Part shown: positions 1-8,622 of the stretch, piece by piece | Numbering within the stretch: the stretch's first letter is position 1 | Layout of the letters: each line of letters begins with the position of its first letter | Source: an uncultured bacterium | Lineage (GTDB): Bacteria > Planctomycetota > GCA-002687715 | NCBI GenBank assembly: GCA_902826835.1 | Contig: CADEGH010000003.1 | Span: 266,083-330,082, forward strand | DNA length: 64,000 bases | Reading direction: 5' to 3' | The notes under the pieces: model-generated | What the model saw: the letters and a program-made list of their open reading frames with translations, nothing else | Databases searched by the model: none | Told to the model about the DNA's origin: nothing | Position numbers and translations under genes: made by a program

Positions 1-594
1 TGTGTAGGTCGCGTGCCAGTTGAACACGGTGCTGATGATGAACGCCCACACGAAGAGCTGCGGCCCGTTGGTGCCGAGGCTCGGGGCTACGCGCTCGAGG
101 AGAGCGCCGAGGCCGAACACGAAGGCTCCGAACAAGACCGGCACGACCAAGTCGTTCTTGTCGAGCCAGCACAGCTCTTTGAACCGCGCGAGGTCGGGAA
201 TCTCTTTCCAGTGCGTCTTCCAGCCTCCGCGAGTCAAGAACCAGCCGCAGTGACTCATCCAAAAGCCGCGCAGGCGCGGCGAGTGCTCGTCCAAGGGTTC
301 GTCGGAGTACTTGTGGTGGCGACGGTGGTGGGCCGCCCACCAAAGCGGGCCGCGCTGCACCGCGGTTTCTCCCCACACCGCCATCACGAATTGGAAGGCG
401 CGCGACGTCTTGAAGGTGCGATGCGAGAAGTACCGGTGATAAAAGCCGGTGATCGCGAACATGCGACCGACGTAAAACACGAAGGCGAGCGCGAGCGCAA
501 AGTGGCTGTAGCCGACCCAGATCGGGGCGATACACGCGGCATGGATGAGCAGGTACGGCGAGCTGCGCAGCCAGTCGATCTTGGGATCGGGCAG
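1..594 (-). CDS. Membrane acyl-CoA/acyl-lipid (delta-9-type) fatty-acid desaturase. The 3' end is cut by the window edge and the start codon is uncertain.
   Basis: Own reverse translation; it is absent from the ORF track because it runs off the window. Sequence reads ..PDPKIDWLRSSPYLLIHAACIAPIWVGY..GFYHRYFSHRTFK..LWWAAHHRRHHKYSDEPLDEHSP.., showing the HRxxSH and HHRxHH histidine boxes. No in-frame ATG/GTG/TTG lies between 594 and 816. A CTG at 592-594 is preceded by GGGAGG (complement of about 606-611). Confidence 0.75.
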   Translation of the reverse strand, partial: MPDPKIDWLRSSPYLLIHAACIAPIWVGYSHFALALAFVFYVGRMFAITGFYHRYFSHRTFKTSRAFQFVMAVWGETAVQRGPLWWAAHHRRHHKYSDEPLDEHSPRLRGFWMSHCGWFLTRGGWKTHWKEIPDLARFKELCWLDKNDLVVPVLFGAFVFGLGALLERVAPSLGTNGPQLFVWAFIISTVFNWHATYT

Positions 595-645
595 AGGTTG
601 TTCCTCCCTCTCCCGATCGGCGGCTCCACTCGGTAGAACCGCCCG

Positions 646-1326
646 ATGACCGGCCAGCGCCCCACCCTGAACATCGACCCCGAGGCGCTCCGCCTCTACC
701 GCCTGGCCCTTCCCGAGGGTGGTCGGACGCTCGACCTGGCCGAGATCTTCGGGAATGTCCGCCCCGTCGAGGCCGAGATCGGCTACGGGAAGGGGAACTT
801 TCTCCTCGAGGCCACGCAAGCTTTCCCGTTGACCAACTGGCTGGGCTTTGAAGTGAAGCCCAAGCTCATCGGCTACGGCTGCCTTCGACTCTGGAAGCGC
901 CGTCTTCCGAACGCCCGCATCGTGGGCGGGGACGCCCTCGCGATCCTGCGAACTTTCTTCCCGGCGGGTTCGTTCCGTTGCGTTCACGTGTATTTCCCTG
1001 ACCCCTGGTGGAAGAAGAAGCACTGGAAGCGCCGCCTCTTCACTCCCGAGTTCTTCGCGGAGGTCACCCGGGTTCTCGAACCCCGTGGGCGCTTGGAACT
1101 CGCGTCCGACGTTGCGGAAGTCTTTGATGCGATGGTGGAAGCCGTGGGGACGGTAGCTCTTCTCACCAGGCACGACGAGGGAGGCCTGGCCGCCCGGCAG
1201 GATTTGCAGTTTTCACCTTCGAACTTCGAGCGCAAGGCGCGACGCAAAGGCGTAGTGATTCGCCGCGGATCATGGGTGAAATGCGCCGATTCGGGCACAC
1301 CCGATGCGCCCTCTGGCGCCGCCTGA
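646..1326 (+). CDS. trmB: tRNA (guanine-N7)-methyltransferase
   Basis: 226 aa. Motifs EIGYGKGNFLLE and VYFPDPWWKKKHWKRRL are typical of TrmB. Confidence 0.88.
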   Translation: MTGQRPTLNIDPEALRLYRLALPEGGRTLDLAEIFGNVRPVEAEIGYGKGNFLLEATQAFPLTNWLGFEVKPKLIGYGCLRLWKRRLPNARIVGGDALAILRTFFPAGSFRCVHVYFPDPWWKKKHWKRRLFTPEFFAEVTRVLEPRGRLELASDVAEVFDAMVEAVGTVALLTRHDEGGLAARQDLQFSPSNFERKARRKGVVIRRGSWVKCADSGTPDAPSGAA

Positions 1327-1341
1327 TCGTGCGACCCACTC

Positions 1342-2232
1342 TCAGCGCGCGAGCAGATCCCGCAGCGCCGATTCGAGCTCGGGATGCCGTGGCCGATAGC
1401 CTTGGTCGCGCAGCACTTGGGGATCGACCCGCGTGCTCGCGAGCAACAGTGCGTCGGCCATTTCGCCAAGAGCGATTCTCGCCATGGGCGCCGGCAGCGG
1501 GAAAATCGTGGGTCGTTTCAGCACCCTTCCCAGCGTCTTCGTGAATTCCTGATTCGTGACGGCTCCGGTGACCCCGTTGACGGCTCCTCGCACCGAGTTG
1601 GTGCAGAGAGCGAACTCGATCTGCCCCACCGCATCATCGAGGGAGAGCCAGCTCATCCACTGTTTGCCACTCCCGAGCCGTCCGCCAGCCCCGAGCTTGA
1701 ACGGAGGCAGCATCTTCTTCAGGGCTCCGCCTTCCTTGCTCAAGATGATGCCGAATCGCAGGTGGACAGTGCGGATTCCCGCCGATTTGGCGGCGGAGGC
1801 CGCCTCTTCCCAAGCCACACAAACCTCTGGGAGGAAACCGGTTCCGGGCGCCGCCGTTTCGCTCAGAGTTTCGTCCCCGCGGTCTCCGAAGTAGCCAATC
1901 GCCGACGCCACCACGAGCGTGGCAGGCGGTCGCGGAAGCCCCGCCAACGTCCGGGCGATCAGTTCGGTCCCCTGAACACGGCTCGTGCGGATCGCGGCCT
2001 TCCTCGCCGCACTCCACCTTCCCGCGGCGATGTTCTCCCCCGCGAGATGGACAACCCCGTCGAACCCCAGGACGGCCGACGGCTCGAGAACTCCGCGGTC
2101 CGGCGCCCAAGTGATCTCGTTCTTCTGTGCCGGTCGTCTCACCAACCGCCAGACTTCGTGGCCGCCCTTTTCCAGGCTCTTAACCAGCGCGGTACCTACC
2201 AGCCCCGAAGCTCCGCTGACCAGGACTTTCAT
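1342..2232 (-). CDS. TIGR01777/YfcH-like SDR-family epimerase (NAD-binding domain plus C-terminal DUF1731-type domain)
   Basis: MKVLVSGASGLVGTALV Rossmann N-terminus. I trimmed the ORF to the ATG at 2232, which has GGAGG 7 nt upstream. The tail is YfcH-like (..DPQVLRDQGYRPRHPELESAL). Confidence 0.75.
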   Translation of the reverse strand: MKVLVSGASGLVGTALVKSLEKGGHEVWRLVRRPAQKNEITWAPDRGVLEPSAVLGFDGVVHLAGENIAAGRWSAARKAAIRTSRVQGTELIARTLAGLPRPPATLVVASAIGYFGDRGDETLSETAAPGTGFLPEVCVAWEEAASAAKSAGIRTVHLRFGIILSKEGGALKKMLPPFKLGAGGRLGSGKQWMSWLSLDDAVGQIEFALCTNSVRGAVNGVTGAVTNQEFTKTLGRVLKRPTIFPLPAPMARIALGEMADALLLASTRVDPQVLRDQGYRPRHPELESALRDLLAR

Positions 2233-2271
2233 GGTGCAACCTCCGACCCAAGGTAACGCCGACTCAGCCTG

Positions 2272-2292
2272 TGTCAAATTATTTACCTGGAC
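2272..2292. promoter_or_regulatory. Operator-like motif TGTCAA-N10-TGGAC in the divergent SDR/carH intergenic region
   Basis: tgtcaaattatttacctggac. Read on the minus strand the motif gives TTGACA, a possible -35 for the SDR gene. Read on the plus strand it gives TGGACA, followed 16-17 nt later by TAACCT and then 9 nt to the carH ATG. It has the same architecture as the sites at 9904-9924 and 14178-14198. Confidence 0.45.
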
Positions 2293-2324
2293 ATCAAGGC
2301 TTGGATTGCTAACCTCAGCTTCCT

Positions 2325-3224
2325 ATGGAGACACTTGCCATGGAAAGCACCTCAGGTCTTGCGATCGGTGACGTGGCGGCGGCGACCGGTCTGACCGTCG
2401 AGACGATCCGCATCTGGGAGCGGCGCTACGGTCGACCCAAGGGCATCCGCCTACCCTCGGGCCATCGTCGGTACTCTGACGCCGACGTGCGGTGGCTGCG
2501 TCGAGTCGCCGAGGCCCTCGCCAACGGCTTTAGGCCGGCCAAAATCGTCCCCCTCTCCGATCAGGACTTGGACCAGGTCCTGATCAAGAAGTCCCCGGCC
2601 CCGCCGATCTCGCCGGAGGTCGCCACCCTTCTCGAGTCGGTGCGCCGCTTCGACCGGGACCGCGTCCTGGAACTCCTCGACCAGGCCCACCAACGCCATG
2701 GCCCGATCGGCCTGCTCCAAACCGTGGTGTCCGGCATGATCGAGAGCATCGGCCGCTCCTGGGCAGATGGGGCACTCTCGATCCGTCACGAGCACTTTGC
2801 GTCGGAGGTTCTCGAAGACTTCCTCCGCCGCATCCGCGGCCAGGTCTCCCTCCCGAAGGCCGCCCCCACGATCATCATCTGCACCCTGCCGGCTGAGACC
2901 CACGGTCTCGGCCTGCAAATGGTGGGCGTGGCCGTGGCTGCCCAAGGAGTTCGCCCGCTGATCCTCGGCACCGGCACCCCGGCCTCGGAGATCGTCCACG
3001 CGGTGCGCGAGACCCAGGCCAAGGCCGTCGCCATCAGTGTGTCGCTCGCGACCGGTGGCGTGAGCTCGGATCGTCTCCTCGCCGACCTGCGGCGGGAGCT
3101 GCCCGCGGAGATCGCGCTGCTCGTGGGCGGTCGCGGTGCGCGCGGGGTGCGCCGGGGGCCTCGCGGCATCACCTACACCGCGGACCTCAACGAACTCGCC
3201 GCCTGGATCAAGGCGAATCTGTGA
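2325..3224 (+). CDS. carH: CarH/LitR-family MerR regulator with a B12-binding photoreceptor domain
   Basis: N-terminal MerR HTH (IGDVAAATGLTVETIRIWERRYG..SGHRRYSDADV). Wx9EH motif present (WADGALSIRHEH). Cobalamin-binding signature E-x-H-x-x-G ... SxL ... GG present (ETHGLG / SVSL / VGGRG). Confidence 0.82.
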   Translation: METLAMESTSGLAIGDVAAATGLTVETIRIWERRYGRPKGIRLPSGHRRYSDADVRWLRRVAEALANGFRPAKIVPLSDQDLDQVLIKKSPAPPISPEVATLLESVRRFDRDRVLELLDQAHQRHGPIGLLQTVVSGMIESIGRSWADGALSIRHEHFASEVLEDFLRRIRGQVSLPKAAPTIIICTLPAETHGLGLQMVGVAVAAQGVRPLILGTGTPASEIVHAVRETQAKAVAISVSLATGGVSSDRLLADLRRELPAEIALLVGGRGARGVRRGPRGITYTADLNELAAWIKANL

Positions 3225-4701
3225 ACAGGCCGGCGCCGGAGTCGCCGTAGCGCGCGATGTAATTCTTGACGGAGACTTTGCGCGCGGTGTTCGTCGAGCT
3301 CATGTAGCGAATCGAGCCGAAGATCGGCCGCTTCGGTGCCCAAGGTCGATCAAAACGACCTAGGGTCCAGAAGATCCCCGAATAGGAATTGGGATTGCGG
3401 CCATCGACGGCGTATTTGTTGTTCAAGTGAATGAGATGATGCAAGGCGTCGCGGGGATGGGCGCTCCACTCCAGGATTTTCTTGCCCCAGAGCATCCGCA
3501 GATAATTGTGCAGACGACCCTCGCGCACGAGTTGGCGCTGCGCGGCATTCCACAAAGGGTCGTGAGTGCGCCCGCTTTCAAGGTCGTCCAACGCGTAGAG
3601 ATGAGGCCGCGGATCGACACTGTGTTCGTCCAGGGTCGCCTGCGACCACGGGGGTAGCGATTCGTAGCGATCGTAATCCTTGGGCCGATGATGGGAAAAC
3701 ACGTAGCCGAGTTCCCGCCAGGTCAGAACCTGATCCAAGAAGCCCTCGGCCGACGCCGAGAGTCCCCACCATCCTTCCCGTTGCCCGATTCCCTTGGTGG
3801 TGAGCCGGTCCAAACTCCAGCCTTCTAGCTTGAACACCGCGTCCATGATCGTGTGCGGCCCGATGTGGCCGAAGTGCAGATAAGGAGAGAGACCCGAGGC
3901 GACCTCCTCCTCGGGTTGATTGCGTTCCTCCGCATACCGGGGCAACCGGGCGGTGAATTCGCGCAGCGACTTGCGGGCTTCGCCAGCACCGCCGACAAAG
4001 GCCGCCCGCCCCACGGAGTGATCGATCCGCAGCGCGGACACGCCGCCTGAACTCAGGAACTCTGTCGGATCTGCGAGAGGGGCGAAGGCTCCTTTCAGGC
4101 AGCTCGGCAGGGAAGCTAAGCGCGGGAGTTCCACACCTCGGAAGGGGTCGGTTTTCGGCCGCTCTCCCCACGCTGATGCCAGTTGTTTTTGCACGAAGCG
4201 GCGGAACGCGTAGGCCGTGGGAAACGGGCCGGGGGTGATCTGGAGCGGAAGAACACCATTGGCATCGACGGTGACGAACTTGACCTTCAGTTGCTCGGCC
4301 GCTGCCGCCACCATCCGAGGAAGCATGAAGCAGGGGAAGTGGTCGCCCACCACCAAGCAGGCGTCTTTCGCGAGAGCCGCGAGCAAGCCGCGCCCGTCGT
4401 CGAGCTCGCGCTCGATCCAGGGCACGTAAGTGGCCGGGGCGGAGGCGAAGTCGGCCTGATTGGCGGCCATACCCTCGATCACGAAGCGGTGCATGCGATC
4501 ACTCGCCCACTCGTAACCGAGCCGCAGCCCTTCGAAGACCAGGAGCGGTCGCTGAAGCCGCCGGGCCTCTTCCACCGCGTACTCGAGCGCGAAGTTGGAG
4601 GCCCGTCTACGGAAGGCGGTCATCCAATAGAGAACGTACTTCCCATCCTCCCGAAGCGGACGGTCGTTGCGCACGAAGAGTCTAGATTGCGGAACCGCCA
4701 T
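3208..4701 (-). CDS. phr: Class II CPD deoxyribodipyrimidine photolyase
   Basis: 497 aa. KYVLYWMTAFRRRASNFALEYA near the N-terminus and NPNSYSGIFWTLGRFDRPW near the C-terminus are class II photolyase hallmarks. It is the last gene of the minus-strand operon. Confidence 0.88.
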   Translation of the reverse strand: MAVPQSRLFVRNDRPLREDGKYVLYWMTAFRRRASNFALEYAVEEARRLQRPLLVFEGLRLGYEWASDRMHRFVIEGMAANQADFASAPATYVPWIERELDDGRGLLAALAKDACLVVGDHFPCFMLPRMVAAAAEQLKVKFVTVDANGVLPLQITPGPFPTAYAFRRFVQKQLASAWGERPKTDPFRGVELPRLASLPSCLKGAFAPLADPTEFLSSGGVSALRIDHSVGRAAFVGGAGEARKSLREFTARLPRYAEERNQPEEEVASGLSPYLHFGHIGPHTIMDAVFKLEGWSLDRLTTKGIGQREGWWGLSASAEGFLDQVLTWRELGYVFSHHRPKDYDRYESLPPWSQATLDEHSVDPRPHLYALDDLESGRTHDPLWNAAQRQLVREGRLHNYLRMLWGKKILEWSAHPRDALHHLIHLNNKYAVDGRNPNSYSGIFWTLGRFDRPWAPKRPIFGSIRYMSSTNTARKVSVKNYIARYGDSGAGLFTDSP

Positions 4702-4707
4702 GAAGAA

Positions 4708-5754
4708 TCACCCCGGCTTTTGAAAGAGGTGATGGACCACCAACCACTGCCGTCCGCGATCGAAGCCGAAGAGCTCGGCGCAGGCGAGGAAGAAGATGCG
4801 CCACCGATGGAACCAGCGGTTCGCCTCGACCTTGGTCATCGACCGCAGGAAAATCGCCTTCACGCGGTCGCGATTGCGGTCGAGATTGCGCAGCCACGCT
4901 TCCGCGGTCTTCTGGTAGTGGGTTCCGTCCCACTCCCACGACTGAACGGGTCGCAAGGGGTCAGAGACCCGCAGGAGCAGGTCGCGCGCGGGCATGATGC
5001 CGCCGGAAAAAAAGTGCCGCGCCATCCAGTCGGTGCCGTCTTCGTTCTCGAAGGCGTAGGTCCAGTCGCGATGACAAAAGACATGGGCGAACAAATGGCC
5101 GCCCGGCCGAAGCCAGCCGGCGAGGCGCGCAAACAACTCCGCGTGATTCCGAACGTGCTCGAACATCTCGACCGACACGATGCGATCGAACCGGTCTTCC
5201 AGTTGGAGCTGATTGATGTCGGCGGTGATGACCCGCAGGTTCGTGTGGCCACGGCGCCGCGCCTCGGCTTCGATGAATTCCCGCTGCGGACGCGAATTGG
5301 AAACCACGGTGAGGCGCGAGTTCGGATAATGAGCCGCCATCCACAGGGAGAGCGAGCCCCACCCACATCCGAGTTCCAAGACGTCCTGACCGTCTTCGAG
5401 CCGGGCTCGCTCGCAGGTCGCCGCCAAGGCGGCTTCTTCCGCTTCGCCCAGAGTCTCCGAGCCGCGGGGAAACCACGCACTCGAGTACTTCCGATGCGGG
5501 CCCAGCACCGCCCTAAAAAACTCGGGCGGAACCTCGTAGTGCTGTTCGTTGGCTTTGTCGGTGAGAACCGCCAGCGGCCCTCGGCGGAACATCGCCTGAA
5601 GTCGTTCCTCATGGGCACGGCCTTCGGCCTCCGTCTTCGGCAGGCTCTGCTGGCGCTCGCGGCACAAGCGACGAATTCCCGCCCGCAGGGCAAAATCGGG
5701 AACCCAGCCCCGTTCCGCCCACGCCATCGCGCCCCGTTCGACCTCGACCGTCAT
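4708..5754 (-). CDS. Cyclopropane-fatty-acyl-phospholipid synthase family SAM-dependent methyltransferase
   Basis: 348 aa. EQHYEVPPEFF plus SAM motif VLELGCGWGSLSLWMA. Its start overlaps the stop of the upstream gene by 4 bp. Confidence 0.82.
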   Translation of the reverse strand: MTVEVERGAMAWAERGWVPDFALRAGIRRLCRERQQSLPKTEAEGRAHEERLQAMFRRGPLAVLTDKANEQHYEVPPEFFRAVLGPHRKYSSAWFPRGSETLGEAEEAALAATCERARLEDGQDVLELGCGWGSLSLWMAAHYPNSRLTVVSNSRPQREFIEAEARRRGHTNLRVITADINQLQLEDRFDRIVSVEMFEHVRNHAELFARLAGWLRPGGHLFAHVFCHRDWTYAFENEDGTDWMARHFFSGGIMPARDLLLRVSDPLRPVQSWEWDGTHYQKTAEAWLRNLDRNRDRVKAIFLRSMTKVEANRWFHRWRIFFLACAELFGFDRGRQWLVVHHLFQKPG

Positions 5755-6539
5755 GACGATTTCTCCTTCCTGGGTGGAAGCGGAATGAACGCGCTCACGC
5801 GCCGTTGGTAGGCGCGGTAAGGCTCGCCGCGGGACCGCACCATCGCCTCCTCAAGGATGGGAATTCCCGTGACCTTGAAGAGGAACAAAGCCATCAACGC
5901 CGGCCCGAGCAGGAGCAGGTAACCCATGGGCGCCGACCACCCGATGAGGACATAGCTCCACCAGTGGAGCCACTCGAAAAAGTAGTTGGGGTGACGAGAC
6001 CAGCCCCAGAGTCCAACATCGCAAACCGAGCCCGGCGGCGCGCTCTTCACGAAGCTGCGGAGCTGGCGATCCGCCACACTCTCTCCGAGCAACGCAATTG
6101 CGGCGACGGCGGCACCCGCCACATCCGTCCATTGCCATCCGGGGACGGTCGAACGCGCCGCCCAAAACGCCGGCAGCGCGAAGAGCACGGCCCACAGACC
6201 CTGGATCTGATACAGAACGAAGAATCGCGAGTTGGCGGCTTCGCCCCACCCTGCGCGGAAGCCTGCGTAGCGACGGTCCTCCTTCCCCCCGCGGATGCGC
6301 AAGATGAGGTGGACCGCGAGGCGAAGGGCCCAGAGGCCAACGATCCCCGCGATCAAGTGTCGGCGATGGGTCGGAGCCGGCCCAAAGAGCGCCCACGTCG
6401 CGCCGAGAACGCCGACGCCGACCGTCCAGGCCACATCCACGTCGCTGGCGTTGCGGGTTCCTCGCTGCCTGACCCACAGGAGCAGCATCATCACCAGCAT
6501 GACCGCGAGGCCGAAGAGGATCAGCATACCCTCGGTCAT
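5751..6539 (-). CDS. DUF1295 membrane protein (steroid 5-alpha-reductase / ICMT-like fold)
   Basis: WGWSRHPNYFFEWLHWWSY motif and multiple TM segments. Trimmed to the ATG at 6539, which forms an ATGA overlap with the upstream stop at 6536. Confidence 0.75.
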   Translation of the reverse strand: MTEGMLILFGLAVMLVMMLLLWVRQRGTRNASDVDVAWTVGVGVLGATWALFGPAPTHRRHLIAGIVGLWALRLAVHLILRIRGGKEDRRYAGFRAGWGEAANSRFFVLYQIQGLWAVLFALPAFWAARSTVPGWQWTDVAGAAVAAIALLGESVADRQLRSFVKSAPPGSVCDVGLWGWSRHPNYFFEWLHWWSYVLIGWSAPMGYLLLLGPALMALFLFKVTGIPILEEAMVRSRGEPYRAYQRRVSAFIPLPPRKEKSS

Positions 6540-7819
6540 GACCCGCCGCCGTAACCCGGAGCCGGGCAGGTGGCGGCAGTGAAGCCACCCCGTGCAAACA
6601 GGGCTTGGACGAGACCGAGCTGGCCCTCCGCGAAGCCGCCTTCGCAGTACGCGAAGTAGAACTCCCACTGGCGGAGCATCCGCCGCGGGAAGCCCTGCGC
6701 CAACGCCCGATCCGTGGCGGCCCGCAAATTGGTGCGCCACTCCGCGAGGGTGCGTGCGTAGTGCGATCCAAACTCGGCCAAGTCGGCGAGCACGAAGTCG
6801 GTCGCCCGACGGGCCGCCGCCAGCATGGAACCCACCGAGGGGATACTCGAGCCCGGGAAAATCGAACTCTGAATGAAGTCCACGTTTTTCAGGGCTCGGG
6901 CGTGGCGGCGTTCGGTGAGCGTGATTCCCTGCACCATGAACACTCCCCCGGGTTTGAGGAGGCGCGACACGGTCCGGAAGTACTCGGGCAGGTTCTCATG
7001 TCCCACCGCTTCAATCATCTCGACGCTCACCGCCTTGTCGAACTGTCCCTCGAGATCGCGATAGTCGGAAAGCAGAACCGTGATTCGATCCGAGAGCCCC
7101 GCGTCCCGCACACGCTCGGTTGCCAAATAATGCTGCTCTTTCGAGATCGTCGTGGTGGTCACTCGGCAGCCGTACCGCGCCGCGGCGTGGAGTGCAAAGC
7201 TCCCCCAGCCGGTGCCGATCTCAAGGAGATGATCGTCGGCGGTGAGCGCCAGTTTTTGGCAGATGCGATCCAGCTTGGCAGTCGACGCTTCTTCGAGCGT
7301 CGTCTGCGCCGAAGGGAAGATCGCGCTTGAATAGGTGAGCGAGCGATCCAGGAACAGCCGGAACCAGTCGTTGCCAAGATCATAATGGGCCGCGATGTTC
7401 TTGCGACTACCGATCTTGGTGTTGCGAGCGAACCAACGATGGCTCAAATAGCGCACCCGATTCGCGAAGGCCGCAAAGCCCCGCTCCAGACGGTCGGTGA
7501 TCTCCTCGTTCCGCACCATGAGACGCACGAGATTCGGTAGCGGATGGCAATCCCAAGTCCCGTCCGCGTAGGTCTCGGCCGCGCCGATGGTGCCGCCCCG
7601 GAGCACCCGCTGGTAGAAATCCGGGTGATGGACGGTGAGTGTCGCGTGCAACGGGCCGCCGCTTCCGAAGTGTTCTTCGGAATGGCCATCGCGCAAAGTG
7701 ACTCGCCCGCCCTGGAGACGAGCGAATGCTCGCCGCAGGGCCTCTTTGCCGAGTCGTTGTCCCCAGAGCAGACGCGATGTCCGAGGCGCCCCGATGGAAG
7801 TGTGAGTGGGACTCGTCAT
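6536..7819 (-). CDS. cfa: Cyclopropane-fatty-acyl-phospholipid synthase
   Basis: HYDLGNDWFRLFLD, LLEIGTGWGSFALHAA, and C-terminal YFAYCEGGF. Trimmed to the ATG at 7819 (ATGA overlap with DUF1365). Confidence 0.85.
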   Translation of the reverse strand: MTSPTHTSIGAPRTSRLLWGQRLGKEALRRAFARLQGGRVTLRDGHSEEHFGSGGPLHATLTVHHPDFYQRVLRGGTIGAAETYADGTWDCHPLPNLVRLMVRNEEITDRLERGFAAFANRVRYLSHRWFARNTKIGSRKNIAAHYDLGNDWFRLFLDRSLTYSSAIFPSAQTTLEEASTAKLDRICQKLALTADDHLLEIGTGWGSFALHAAARYGCRVTTTTISKEQHYLATERVRDAGLSDRITVLLSDYRDLEGQFDKAVSVEMIEAVGHENLPEYFRTVSRLLKPGGVFMVQGITLTERRHARALKNVDFIQSSIFPGSSIPSVGSMLAAARRATDFVLADLAEFGSHYARTLAEWRTNLRAATDRALAQGFPRRMLRQWEFYFAYCEGGFAEGQLGLVQALFARGGFTAATCPAPGYGGGS

Positions 7820-8622
7820 GCCGGAGTTCTCGATGAAGGAGAATAGGTCTTCGGGTGATCGTGGAACGGTGCCCCCTTGAGCCAAAGAAGGAGGGCATGC
7901 CAGTAGATCGCGAGTACGATCCTGAACGTCTGAAGTGGATGGCCGAGACACGCTCGCGCCGCGGTGCCGGCGCTGAATCGCTGTTTGTCGAGATGAAGGC
8001 GGGCTTCGAACAGGCGTTCGCCCTCCCGCCAGTTTTCCATGTGCACGTCGGTGGTCCGCTGCCCCCGTTCGAAAGCCCAGGCATAGCTCAGGTCCATCGG
8101 CAGGAACGGGGACACGTGAAACCGCTTTGGAAAGCGATGCGCGGCGGACAGGGTGCGCGGCGAAAAGTCGGACGCAGTGCCCTCGCTGCGCAGATGGTCA
8201 TTCCGTTGATCCAGAATCTCGAGATGCCGCTCCCCCCACGGAGTGTTGTGGATCTCCGCGATGACGGCGGCGAGTCGACCCTCGCTATCGAAGCAGTGAA
8301 AGAAGCTCACGGGATTCATGACGTAGCCCAGGGTGCGGGGCTGCGTCAGAAGTTCGATGCGCCCTTGCGGAGTGAATCCGAGTTCCGCGGCTACGGTCTC
8401 CCGCACGACCTGGGCCCATGGCCGAGAGGGGTCGCCGAAGTGATCCCGGCGCCGAATCCAAAACGGAGCTGGCCTTCGAGCCGACCAAAACCACCTTCTT
8501 CGCAAGCCCGACTCCAAGTGATCGAGGTCGAGGCCCACGAGAAAGAGGCGGTAGTGAAATGCGTGTGGGACGGGCGCAAAGCGGCGGTGCCACACTCGGC
8601 CTTTCCAGATCCGGTGACTCAT
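7816..8622 (-). CDS. DUF1365 family protein
   Basis: 268 aa. G.VWHRRFAPVPHAFHYRLFLVGLDLD is the characteristic DUF1365 N-terminus. 4-bp overlaps on both sides. Confidence 0.8.
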   Translation of the reverse strand: MSHRIWKGRVWHRRFAPVPHAFHYRLFLVGLDLDHLESGLRRRWFWSARRPAPFWIRRRDHFGDPSRPWAQVVRETVAAELGFTPQGRIELLTQPRTLGYVMNPVSFFHCFDSEGRLAAVIAEIHNTPWGERHLEILDQRNDHLRSEGTASDFSPRTLSAAHRFPKRFHVSPFLPMDLSYAWAFERGQRTTDVHMENWREGERLFEARLHLDKQRFSAGTAARACLGHPLQTFRIVLAIYWHALLLWLKGAPFHDHPKTYSPSSRTPA

